In this document: piece after piece, positions 1-7,020 of the stretch
Layout: every line of letters begins with the position of its first letter
Position numbering within the stretch: position 1 is the stretch's first letter
Assembly: GCA_964510585.1 (NCBI GenBank)
Contig: CAZECW010000044.1
Coordinates: 1-7,966, forward strand
Direction: 5' to 3'
DNA: 7,966 nucleotides
Source: an uncultured archaeon
GTDB lineage: Archaea > Asgardarchaeota > Jordiarchaeia > Jordiarchaeales > Jordiarchaeaceae
The notes under the pieces: model-generated
Seen by the model: the letters and a program-made list of their open reading frames with translations, nothing else
Databases searched by the model: none
Told to the model about the DNA's origin: nothing
Translations under genes and position numbers: made by a program

Positions 1-213
1 AAATTTTTTTCTTGTTTTCTTTACGATGAGGATATCTAAGTCGCTTGACCTGTGAACCTTATTAGTTACCAAAGAACCAAAAACTATGATTTTCTCAACG
101 TCCAGCTCAACAATTTTGGGGATGACTCTTTTTAATTCCTCCTCTATTAACTGCTTGCGCTTCTGCGCTAAACCAATTTTGAAGGGCAAATAGTCTCCTC
201 CACTTCTTTGCAT
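1..213 (-). CDS. Minimal nucleotidyltransferase (MNT, pol-beta superfamily); 3' end runs off the window
   Basis: Not in the ORF track; translated by hand: MQRSGGDYLPFKIGLAQKRKQLIEEELKRVIPKIVELDVEKIIVFGSLVTNKVHRSSDLDILIVKKTRKKF. Contains the MNT signature FGS-x8-SDLD. An alternative TTG start at 189 has GGAGGAG (201-195) 5 nt upstream. Confidence 0.88.
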   Translation of the reverse strand, partial: MQRSGGDYLPFKIGLAQKRKQLIEEELKRVIPKIVELDVEKIIVFGSLVTNKVHRSSDLDILIVKKTRKKF

Positions 214-331
214 CAAAGGCTCAAAACCAGTAACTAAAGTTATCTCTGAACAATCTTTTTATTCTCTTTATGATTCTACAATTAAAAATGTTCCCCTGCT
301 TCTCGCAAACTGATAAATGCGATGTTAAACT

Positions 332-1192
332 TTAATCGGTTGAATTTTGGAAAATCATTTTTGGCAGGAAGCTTACCTTTTTAGGCTGATTCCCTCTTTT
401 GCTGCTCTCTTTTATGGGTGTTCCGCGTGCTATTATTATGTCCCCCAGCATTGGAAACAGTTTTGCGATTCCGTCCAAGAACTGCATAATGGTCCAGGAG
501 ATCCTTTTTGGGAGGGCGTTTAGGATTCTTCCCCAACGGTGCAAGTTCCAGAACATGGAGTGTCCTCTCATTCCGCTTCTCTTCAGGGCGCCGTCCATAT
601 ACGCCTTTAAAACGAGGTAGTCAAACCTCACAGTGTGGTCTTTTGGAACGTCCCAGGGAGTTGGTCCATCACCCACAAGCTTAAGTTTTCTTCTTATGGC
701 ATGTATCCTTCGCGCGATCTTGAAGCCTAAACTCTCAAAATTCGCCAGAGAAACCACCGCCCTACCCTGTGGTTTGAGAACCCTTGAAAAATCTTTTAAT
801 GTTGCCCGGGGACTTGCAAAGTGATCCATCGCCCCCTTACAGGTCACAGCGTCAAATGCATTGTCTCTGAAGGGTAGGCACTCACCAGCCCCCCTCACTA
901 TGCTCACTTCCTGCTTGCTGGAATTCACCCAATCCCTCGCCTTCTTAACCATAATCTTGGAAGGGTCAAGCCCTACCACTCTTGCTCCTCTTTCAGCCAT
1001 CATAACTGCTTCTTTGCCAATTCCGCACCCCACATCCAGAGCCAAATCCTTTTTTTCCAAGAGAGCCATTTCAATGGTTCGAACCCCCATCATCTTAAAA
1101 AGGTAATCCGTATCAGGATAATAGTAAAGGGGAATCACACCCGCATCGTCATACTCTATGACCTGCTTCTTATCAGGCAATTTCTCGAACAT
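332..1192 (-). CDS. Class I SAM-dependent methyltransferase (Methyltransf_11/UbiE-like), substrate unknown
   Basis: 286 aa with motif I LDVGCGIG, post-I VVGLDPS, GECLPFRDNAFDAVTC and SRVLKPQG. GAGGA lies just upstream of the ATG. Confidence 0.92.
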   Translation of the reverse strand: MFEKLPDKKQVIEYDDAGVIPLYYYPDTDYLFKMMGVRTIEMALLEKKDLALDVGCGIGKEAVMMAERGARVVGLDPSKIMVKKARDWVNSSKQEVSIVRGAGECLPFRDNAFDAVTCKGAMDHFASPRATLKDFSRVLKPQGRAVVSLANFESLGFKIARRIHAIRRKLKLVGDGPTPWDVPKDHTVRFDYLVLKAYMDGALKRSGMRGHSMFWNLHRWGRILNALPKRISWTIMQFLDGIAKLFPMLGDIIIARGTPIKESSKRGNQPKKVSFLPKMIFQNSTD

Positions 1193-1494
1193 ACTAATTC
1201 CTCAAAGAGGGGGGCTAACTGAATCACATAAAAAATTGAACAATCTTATAAATCTAATCTACTCAAGATAGAAGACCAACCGTAACTGTAGTGTTTAGGG
1301 CTGAATCATTCTGATTGCGGAGGGACTCCTTTACCGAGAGACGAATTCACAAGTAAAGCAGATTTCACACTCACTTTTGTTCAGAAACTTTCACGATGCT
1401 CCATAGTAGTTTAAAATGAATCTGCCTATTTTTTGAATTGGAGAGCAAAAATTTCTAGGGAACTCTTTCTTGTTTATTTAAAAATTTGGTTAAT

Positions 1495-1508
1495 CGAAAA
1501 TTATAATT
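1495..1508 (+). promoter_or_regulatory. Archaeal-type BRE + TATA box for the 1537 gene
   Basis: CGAAAA (1495-1500) directly followed by TTATAATT (1501-1508), about 30 nt upstream of the GTG start. Confidence 0.55.
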
Positions 1509-1536
1509 ACGATTTGAAGAACAAGTAAAGCGTAGC

Positions 1537-2496
1537 GTGATTAATTTGGTTAAATCGCATGTGGGAAGAGAGGCTGAACCTTCTGAGAAAGAGCAGATTA
1601 TCTGCATCCTTGAGCGTATCGGAGGCGTTCTCCAGCCCCTAGAGCTTGCTCAGATAGTTAATGATTTGCCAAAGGAAATTGCTTTGGATAAGGAAAAATT
1701 AACTAGATTTTTGTTGTTGGTGGCTTTTCTTGATCAACAGGCTGAGTCGCCTTCTGCACGAAAAACCGCAATACGTATCTATAACATGTTTAGAGATGAC
1801 TTGTTCTTTAAGCCTCAACAATGCCTCATACAGATAAATAAGTTAATTGAAGTGAAAGACGATTATAAAATATCTCCCGCAATAGGCAGAGTTTTGCCTC
1901 GCTTTGGCTGGTTTGTTCTTAGAGTTGGAGGTTTTCTAATTTACGAGATGATGTTAAATAAGGGTAGGCTTTCGGATATGTTGGCACAATTTAGAACGCC
2001 CAAAGGTGCAGCTTCATTTCTGCAGGGGAATCATCTTGTTGAATCAATTCTTAGGGAGAAGGCCCTAAGAATGTATATTTCGTGGATAGGTCATCCCGAT
2101 TTGGAAATAAATGTTTCTAACGGGAAGTGGGATAAAGCACTTTTTGAAATGCCGGTTGATGGTCATGTGGGCAAGATTTTTTCCAGGACAGGTCTTGTTT
2201 CTGAGGTAATTCATGAGGGCAAGAAGGGAAGCGGAAAACGGTGGAATGTTATAGTAGCCTCCAAAATGAGACCTTCAATTCAAGAATTAACGAACAATTA
2301 TAGTGACAACTGCATAATGGTGGATCATGGAGCCTTCCAGATAGGCATCAACTGCTGTCCAGACAATTTGGAAGACATGGCATGTGACTCTTGTCCAAGA
2401 GCTTCTGTATGCCAAATTAAGCCCAAAATTGGCTGTAAATGCTATTGTATGCTTCGAGATTTTTGCAAAAGGAATTTGACTTGGCGGGCATACTAA
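1537..2496 (+). CDS. Divergent HhH-GPD/endonuclease III superfamily DNA glycosylase-like protein with Cys-rich (Fe-S/Zn) C-terminus
   Basis: 319 aa. MPVDGHVGKIFSRTG (D208) matches the PVDxHVxR..RLG catalytic-Asp motif. VDHGAFQIG resembles the helix before the Fe-S loop. C283-x2-C286-x5-C292 matches the back part of the EndoIII Fe-S motif. The hairpin region (ILREK175ALRMY) is degenerate and lacks GxGxK. Confidence 0.7.
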   Translation: MINLVKSHVGREAEPSEKEQIICILERIGGVLQPLELAQIVNDLPKEIALDKEKLTRFLLLVAFLDQQAESPSARKTAIRIYNMFRDDLFFKPQQCLIQINKLIEVKDDYKISPAIGRVLPRFGWFVLRVGGFLIYEMMLNKGRLSDMLAQFRTPKGAASFLQGNHLVESILREKALRMYISWIGHPDLEINVSNGKWDKALFEMPVDGHVGKIFSRTGLVSEVIHEGKKGSGKRWNVIVASKMRPSIQELTNNYSDNCIMVDHGAFQIGINCCPDNLEDMACDSCPRASVCQIKPKIGCKCYCMLRDFCKRNLTWRAY

Positions 2497-2502
2497 TATC
2501 AG

Positions 2503-2519
2503 ATAATATTAAATATTAT
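2503..2519. promoter_or_regulatory. Perfect 8-1-8 palindrome overlapping a TATA-like TTAAATA; candidate operator for the RHH protein
   Basis: ATAATATT-A-AATATTAT, ending 28 nt before the ATG at 2548. It is AT-only, so chance cannot be excluded. Confidence 0.45.
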
Positions 2520-2547
2520 TGCAACATATCATAAACTGGGAAAAGAT

Positions 2548-2706
2548 ATGCCAATGATCTACGTTTCAGAAAAAACCAAAGATTTGCTTGACAAAATAGT
2601 TGAAGCTTTACGGAAGAATACAAACACTCCTGCAAGAATACTGAAAACTGACGCTATCCATGCAGCGATTGAAGAATACGCCAAAAAATTAGGTGTAAAA
2701 GAATGA
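2548..2706 (+). CDS. 52-aa ribbon-helix-helix (CopG/Arc/MetJ-like) DNA-binding protein; below the ORF-track size range
   Basis: Hand translation: MPMIYVSEKTKDLLDKIVEALRKNTNTPARILKTDAIHAAIEEYAKKLGVKE. Pattern is strand (MIYVS), helix (EKTKDLLDKIVEAL), helix (KTDAIHAAIEEY). Its TGA overlaps the MTase ATG (ATGA, 2703-2706). Confidence 0.78.
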   Translation: MPMIYVSEKTKDLLDKIVEALRKNTNTPARILKTDAIHAAIEEYAKKLGVKE

Positions 2707-3614
2707 TTTCTACGTGGCACAAAATTATCTTTGGAAATTGCAGAGACATGCATGAAATCCCAGACGAATCCATACACCTGATTGTAACCTCTCCACCATA
2801 CTACAATGCCCCCTTCGATTATCCCGACCTCTACAAAAGCTATGATGAGTTTCTCGAATTGATTAGAGCCTTTGCTAAAGAGCTATACAGAGTTGCAGCA
2901 CAAGGAAGAATTGTAGCCTTCATCACGGATGATATGCTTGTTAAGGGCGAAAAATACCCAGTAGTTTCAGACATCACCAAAATCATGATTGAAAATGGCT
3001 TTCGGTATAGAGACAGAATCGTCTGGGAAAAGCCTGAGGGATACATTAGAATCAGTAGGCGCAGTGGGGTAGTGCTGCAACATCCATACCCCATGTACTT
3101 CTATCCAGACAACATACAAGAGAGCATCATAATTTTCCAAAAAGGCAAGTTCGATTATGGATACATAAAAACCCTTGACCCAAAAATTTTAGAGGCTTCA
3201 AAAATAGACTTGAAGAAATATAGTTCAGAAAAGTGGTATCTCACAATCTGGAGAATCACAAACGTTCTTCCCCTCGAAAATAGGCTGGAAAAGGGCATAG
3301 CTGCATTCCCGGAAGAAATACCCAGACGCCTAATAAAACTTTTCACATTCGTGGGAGAAACCGTTTTAGACCCATTTCTAGGTTCAGGAACCACAACAAA
3401 AGTGGCAAAAGAATTGGGAAGAAACAGCGTGGGCTACGAAATAGACCTCGAACTTAAAGATGTAATTTTGAGGAAAATAAACTACAACCAAACCACACTG
3501 AAAACCAACTCAACAAGCAAGGTGGAAATAATTGAACGCCCCGACGCCAAAAGACTAAGAACCTACCTTCAAGAAAAAGTGAAAAATCAAAAATCTGTAG
3601 TAAATTACACCTAG
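2703..3614 (+). CDS. Beta-class N4-cytosine/N6-adenine DNA methyltransferase (N6_N4_Mtase family)
   Basis: 303 aa. Catalytic motif IV VTSPPY precedes SAM-binding motif I VLDPFLGSGTT (beta order); also AFPEEIPRRLI and GRNSVGYEID. SPPY is more typical of m4C enzymes but does not prove it. Confidence 0.95.
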   Translation: MISTWHKIIFGNCRDMHEIPDESIHLIVTSPPYYNAPFDYPDLYKSYDEFLELIRAFAKELYRVAAQGRIVAFITDDMLVKGEKYPVVSDITKIMIENGFRYRDRIVWEKPEGYIRISRRSGVVLQHPYPMYFYPDNIQESIIIFQKGKFDYGYIKTLDPKILEASKIDLKKYSSEKWYLTIWRITNVLPLENRLEKGIAAFPEEIPRRLIKLFTFVGETVLDPFLGSGTTTKVAKELGRNSVGYEIDLELKDVILRKINYNQTTLKTNSTSKVEIIERPDAKRLRTYLQEKVKNQKSVVNYT

Positions 3615-3724
3615 CATCAAACAATTTGGATTCAACAAACATCTCAACATGACCAGTTCAGAACCACATAGTAAGAGCTCCAGTAAAACCAGGCTGTGCT
3701 CCCCCTAAAAATCATGAAATTTTT

Positions 3725-3818
3725 TTGGGCGTAAAAAGTTTCTGGTGCAAATCGCCTGGAGGATCATCTTGAGTTTGGTTTAAAGCCGACTTCTGGTGGT
3801 TCCAGTTCCCTCCCAATT
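3725..3818 (+). repeat. Copy A of a ~100-bp dispersed element
   Basis: TTGGGCGTAAAAAGTTTCTGGTGCA (3725-3749) is 23/25 identical to 7828-7852; followed by TGGAG (3757) and CTCCCAATT (3810-3818). Confidence 0.65.
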
Positions 3819-4039
3819 GTTCCTCCTTTTGGCAAAAGGAGCCTTCATAAAGCTTATTTCCAGAGGGGAGCCTCGCCACCCATATGTTCAGGCAAGACTC
3901 CTTATGACTGGTTTTTGTGCTGCTCCAGCCCTGGCCCGTCGCATCTGCATGCCCTCCAGCCCAGTTTTTACACATTTTTGTGATAAAATTAGGAGTTTCC
4001 CTAAAAGAACTCAACCACCAAAAAAAGAGAATCCCACAA

Positions 4040-4146
4040 AATGGGAGTACTGCTTCAACATATGGTCGCCATCTTTTCTAGGAAAATTTTGCCCCTCCAA
4101 CCAGTTCCAAATTCAGAAAGTGCGCCTAAAAACTTTTATGCCCTAA
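4040..4146 (-). repeat. Copy B of the dispersed element (inverted relative to A and C)
   Basis: Minus strand reads TTAGGGCATAAAAGTTTTTAGGCGCA...TTGGAG...GAAGCAGTACTCCCATT, colinear with copy C. It starts a few nt after the UPF0175 stop codon. Confidence 0.6.
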
Positions 4147-4152
4147 AGTTGA

Positions 4153-4479
4153 TTACGTTTGTTTTAGTACCTTTTTTGTTTCTTCTAGTTCTTTTTCTAG
4201 TTCTTCTTTGGTTTGGGTTGGGGGCCATATGTTTTTTTCGCGAATGTACTCTATGAATTTCCACAGGGATGCGTTTGCCATTTTTGCTGCTTCTTCAATG
4301 CTTATCAGTCCTCTCTGGTATTTTTCAGCTGCTTTTCCCAGTCTGTGCTCTGTTATACTTGATAGAATCCATTTTCTGATTAGTGTTGCTTTATCGATGT
4401 TTTCTTCTCTGGCTATTTCTTCCAACATTTTTGCTTCTTCTTCCTCTAGCCTTGTCGAGACTAACCTACTTTTCTTCAT
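4153..4479 (-). CDS. UPF0175-family putative antitoxin with N-terminal RHH-like segment (108 aa)
   Basis: Start moved from 4539 to ATG 4479, which has GGTGA 7 nt upstream and overlaps the PIN gene end by 14 nt. VSTRLEEEEAKMLEEIAREENIDKATLIRKWI is RHH-like; ISIEEAAKMANASLWKFIEYI is the UPF0175 signature. Confidence 0.82.
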   Translation of the reverse strand: MKKSRLVSTRLEEEEAKMLEEIAREENIDKATLIRKWILSSITEHRLGKAAEKYQRGLISIEEAAKMANASLWKFIEYIREKNIWPPTQTKEELEKELEETKKVLKQT

Positions 4480-4972
4480 TTTTTTCACCAATCCATCCAA
4501 GTATGAAGGTGATGCGTTCCGGAGTTGTACCTCCAACATTTAGGAGCCGGTTTAAAGCATCCAGCACCTCCTTTTTGCCGACAAGATTGCTAAAATAAGC
4601 ATTTAGGAACAATAGATCTGTTTGGATGACTTTTGCGTTGCGCTTAAACATCTTTTTGTATGCCACTCTATCAGAAGTGACCGCTAAGGCGTTTTCCTTC
4701 ACCGATAAAGCATAAGTGCTTGCCTCTCCTTTTCCAACAAAATAATCAATTTCCTTTAAGGCATCCAACTCAACTATTTTCATTAATTTTTGTTTCTTAA
4801 TGAAATATTCTAGGAGATAAGCATCAGAATATCTTTCCTCCATACCTTTAACTACCGCCTCATTGTAGACTTCGCAGTCAATAATGTAATCATAAGGTAA
4901 TCTCCCCAAGAAGCCCAGCAACCCTGCCTTCACCAAATAAATTAAGGTACACGCATCGACGGCAATTTTCAT
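4466..4972 (-). CDS. PIN-domain protein, DUF3368/COG2405-like putative toxin (168 aa)
   Basis: Start moved from 5047 to ATG 4972 because the extension is AT-rich and contains operator-like palindromes. Motifs: IAVDACTLIYLVK, VYNEAV, GKGEASTYALS, TSD. Confidence 0.85.
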   Translation of the reverse strand: MKIAVDACTLIYLVKAGLLGFLGRLPYDYIIDCEVYNEAVVKGMEERYSDAYLLEYFIKKQKLMKIVELDALKEIDYFVGKGEASTYALSVKENALAVTSDRVAYKKMFKRNAKVIQTDLLFLNAYFSNLVGKKEVLDALNRLLNVGGTTPERITFILGWIGEKNEEK

Positions 4973-4979
4973 GTATCTT

Positions 4980-5020
4980 TTGTAAACAAAAGAAAATAAA
5001 AATATTTCTATTGTATACAA
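4980..5020. promoter_or_regulatory. Two palindromic TTGTwwACAA boxes; candidate operators of the PIN/UPF0175 operon
   Basis: TTGTAAACAA (4980-4989) and perfect TTGTATACAA (5011-5020) are 31 bp apart and flank a TTTTTATT TATA-like tract on the minus strand. Confidence 0.6.
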
Positions 5021-5463
5021 AAATTTCTTCAAAATTTCAAACAGCATTTTTCTCAGAATAACAATGACGGCACTTAATCAAATAGTAATACATGAGTCCA
5101 TAAGGAGTCTTTGAAGGGCCTCTTAAATCCTTCAATGATGATGAGGCTGCGAACAATTATTTGAAAATTATTCCTGAAACCAGAAAGTTTCATGCAGGTT
5201 CAATGCCTGTATTAAGGGCAACAACCCCGAAGATCGGAAAATCCATTCAGGAAGGTTGCCAAATAAAGGATTATACCAAAAAAGTCATTATGACTCTTCT
5301 TAGCCACTCTGTAGAGTTAGTAAAAACCACATAAATTATTCCTTTTACAGATCATAAACTGTTTTTTAACTTTAAAGTGGCTGAACTCCATTACTCCTTT
5401 TTTTGAAGCGTATTATTTATATTGTTTTAATCCTTATTTCCAAAAAGATACTAAGCCTCTTAA

Positions 5464-6378
5464 ATGGAAGCGATAGACTTGCCCTTCATCCCCTTAACTG
5501 AGAATATTATTTTCATTCAGGCAGAAAACAAGGGAAAGTATCCCTACGCCAACGCTCTCCTCATCAAAGACGAGTTAACAGCACTAGTAGATACCGGCTT
5601 CGAACCCATTTTAGCCCAAAAAACCGCAGAAACCTACAATGTAGACCTGGTTATCAATTCCCACTGCCACGAGGACCATGTGGCCTGTAACCGCTACTTT
5701 GAGGAGAGTAGTATTTGCGCCCACAAACTGGACGCCCCCGCCATAAAAAACCTTAACCGTTTAAAAGAAATATATGGTCTTAAGGGCTCAGGGGCAGAGG
5801 CATTCATGGACTACATTCTAAACGAGATCCTTCACCTAAGGGATGGTAGAGTAGACTTGGAATTTGAGGATGGATATGTCTTCGACCTTGGAAAAAACAG
5901 GTTGCAGGTCATTCACACTCCAGGGCACTCCTATGGCCACTGCTGTTTCCTGGTGCCCGAAGAGAAACTCATCTTCCTCGCGGATATTGATTTAACCTCC
6001 TTCGGTCCATGGTACGGGGCTTTGGACTGTAACGTGGACGACTTCATCACATCCATAGAGAAACTCAAAAAATTGAAGCTTGAAACAGCAGTCACCAGCC
6101 ACAAAGGAGAAATTTTCAGAGGAGAAGACCTGATAAGAAGCAAACTCGACTGGTACCTAAACATAATCTATCAGAGAGAGGAGAAACTGTTAAACTTCCT
6201 AAAAGAGGAACACACACTCGAAGAAATCGTAAACCAGGCAATCATATACAGAAAATTCCCAGAACCAGTTGAAGCATTCAAACTCATGGAAAGAATATCC
6301 ATGCAAAAACAACTAGAAAGACTAGTAGCAAAAGGCATAGTAGAAGAGACCTCCAGAGGCTTCAAAGCAAAACAATAA
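5464..6378 (+). CDS. Metallo-beta-lactamase-fold hydrolase (glyoxalase II-like), substrate unknown
   Basis: 304 aa. Motifs LVDTG, SHCHEDH (HxHxDH), HTPGHSYGH, LADID and TSH, plus a C-terminal helical extension. Confidence 0.93.
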   Translation: MEAIDLPFIPLTENIIFIQAENKGKYPYANALLIKDELTALVDTGFEPILAQKTAETYNVDLVINSHCHEDHVACNRYFEESSICAHKLDAPAIKNLNRLKEIYGLKGSGAEAFMDYILNEILHLRDGRVDLEFEDGYVFDLGKNRLQVIHTPGHSYGHCCFLVPEEKLIFLADIDLTSFGPWYGALDCNVDDFITSIEKLKKLKLETAVTSHKGEIFRGEDLIRSKLDWYLNIIYQREEKLLNFLKEEHTLEEIVNQAIIYRKFPEPVEAFKLMERISMQKQLERLVAKGIVEETSRGFKAKQ

Positions 6379-6568
6379 ACAAACGATTAACCATCTGATA
6401 AGTCCTTCTTTTGGTAGATATCCTCCTATTCTCGATAAATTACCACGCACAACCAAAGGAGTAAAATACCCTTTTTTTGGGCGAAAACGAGAATCCAGAA
6501 AAGTTCTTGAAGCTACCAATTTTGTGCGCGTTTGTTTGGAACTTGCAACTTTACAAGTTTTCTAAAAT

Positions 6569-7009
6569 TTAGTGCAAATCAGATACATGCAGAGTGCAAA
6601 TTTCCTTTATATCGATGAAGTGTTTTTCGTCGTCTAGTATTACAACTGGAACTTTCTCTTTTTCTGAAAGACGCAGAGATAAGGCCGCCGAAGAGAGGTC
6701 CCCCCAAGGTTTACCACTATATTCTAACTTTAACATTCCAAGCTTTGCTGTTGTCTCTTCGTCATGAATTACCCTCAAAGTAGCATAGGCAGACCTAATA
6801 ATTAGTTCAGGCTCCACAGTTGGAAAATGGGGATTCTCCCTCCTCATCAAACTTATTACCTTATAGGCTTCAGCTAGATTGTTTGGATGCATAAAGATTT
6901 CCAACTTGCCCTCTTCATGCTTTAATATAGCTTCTCTAGCTTCCATCGAACCCTTTCCATTAGTGAATATAAGCACAAAAGGGCCAGTATCAAATATGAG
7001 GCGCTTCAT
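6569..7009 (-). CDS. vapC: VapC-type PIN-domain toxin (146 aa from ATG 7009; alternative TTG at 7024 overlaps the antitoxin stop)
   Basis: PIN acidic residues in LIFDTG, NLAE, WGDLSSAAL and ILDDEKHF; directly downstream of an AbrB-type gene. Confidence 0.85.
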   Translation of the reverse strand: MKRLIFDTGPFVLIFTNGKGSMEAREAILKHEEGKLEIFMHPNNLAEAYKVISLMRRENPHFPTVEPELIIRSAYATLRVIHDEETTAKLGMLKLEYSGKPWGDLSSAALSLRLSEKEKVPVVILDDEKHFIDIKEICTLHVSDLH

Positions 7010-7020
7010 TCCGTCTCCCG

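Noticed and set aside
3838-3870. GAGCC...TTCCAGAGGGG resembling group II intron domain V
   Set aside because: The domain V stem does not pair, and there is no RT gene or 5' GTGCG boundary context.
3916-3936. Minus-strand CAGG-GCTGG-AGCAGC resembling SRP RNA helix 8
   Set aside because: Only 5 nt lie between CAGG and AGCAG, with no GNRA-capped stem.
3778-4005. Minus-strand GGGAAACTCC and CAGAAGTCGGCTTTA resembling RNase P RNA P4 motifs
   Set aside because: The two segments cannot form the P4 helix, and the region lacks the expected GC-rich stems.
4009-4154. ACTCAAC...GTTGATT resembling integron attC R boxes
   Set aside because: The intervening 132 nt is not palindromic, there are no L boxes or integrase, and the repeats lie in both orientations.
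3712-4256. ORFs 3712-4014 (-), 3796-4146 (+) and 4041-4256 (+)
   Set aside because: No recognisable motifs; they overlap each other, the repeat copies or the UPF0175 gene. Likely spurious.
5135-5177. ATGATGA...CTGA resembling a C/D-box sRNA
   Set aside because: Span is only 43 nt with no convincing D'/C' boxes, and the motif is explainable as GAT GAT GAG codons of the open frame.
399-6519. Antisense/shadow ORFs (399-620, 633-824, 861-1106, 2559-2777, 2840-3094, 3155-3394, 3454-3642, 4208-4543, 4383-4598, 5931-6164, 6171-6365, 6322-6519) and 6879-7106
   Set aside because: Each overlaps a well-supported gene on the opposite strand and carries no independent motif.
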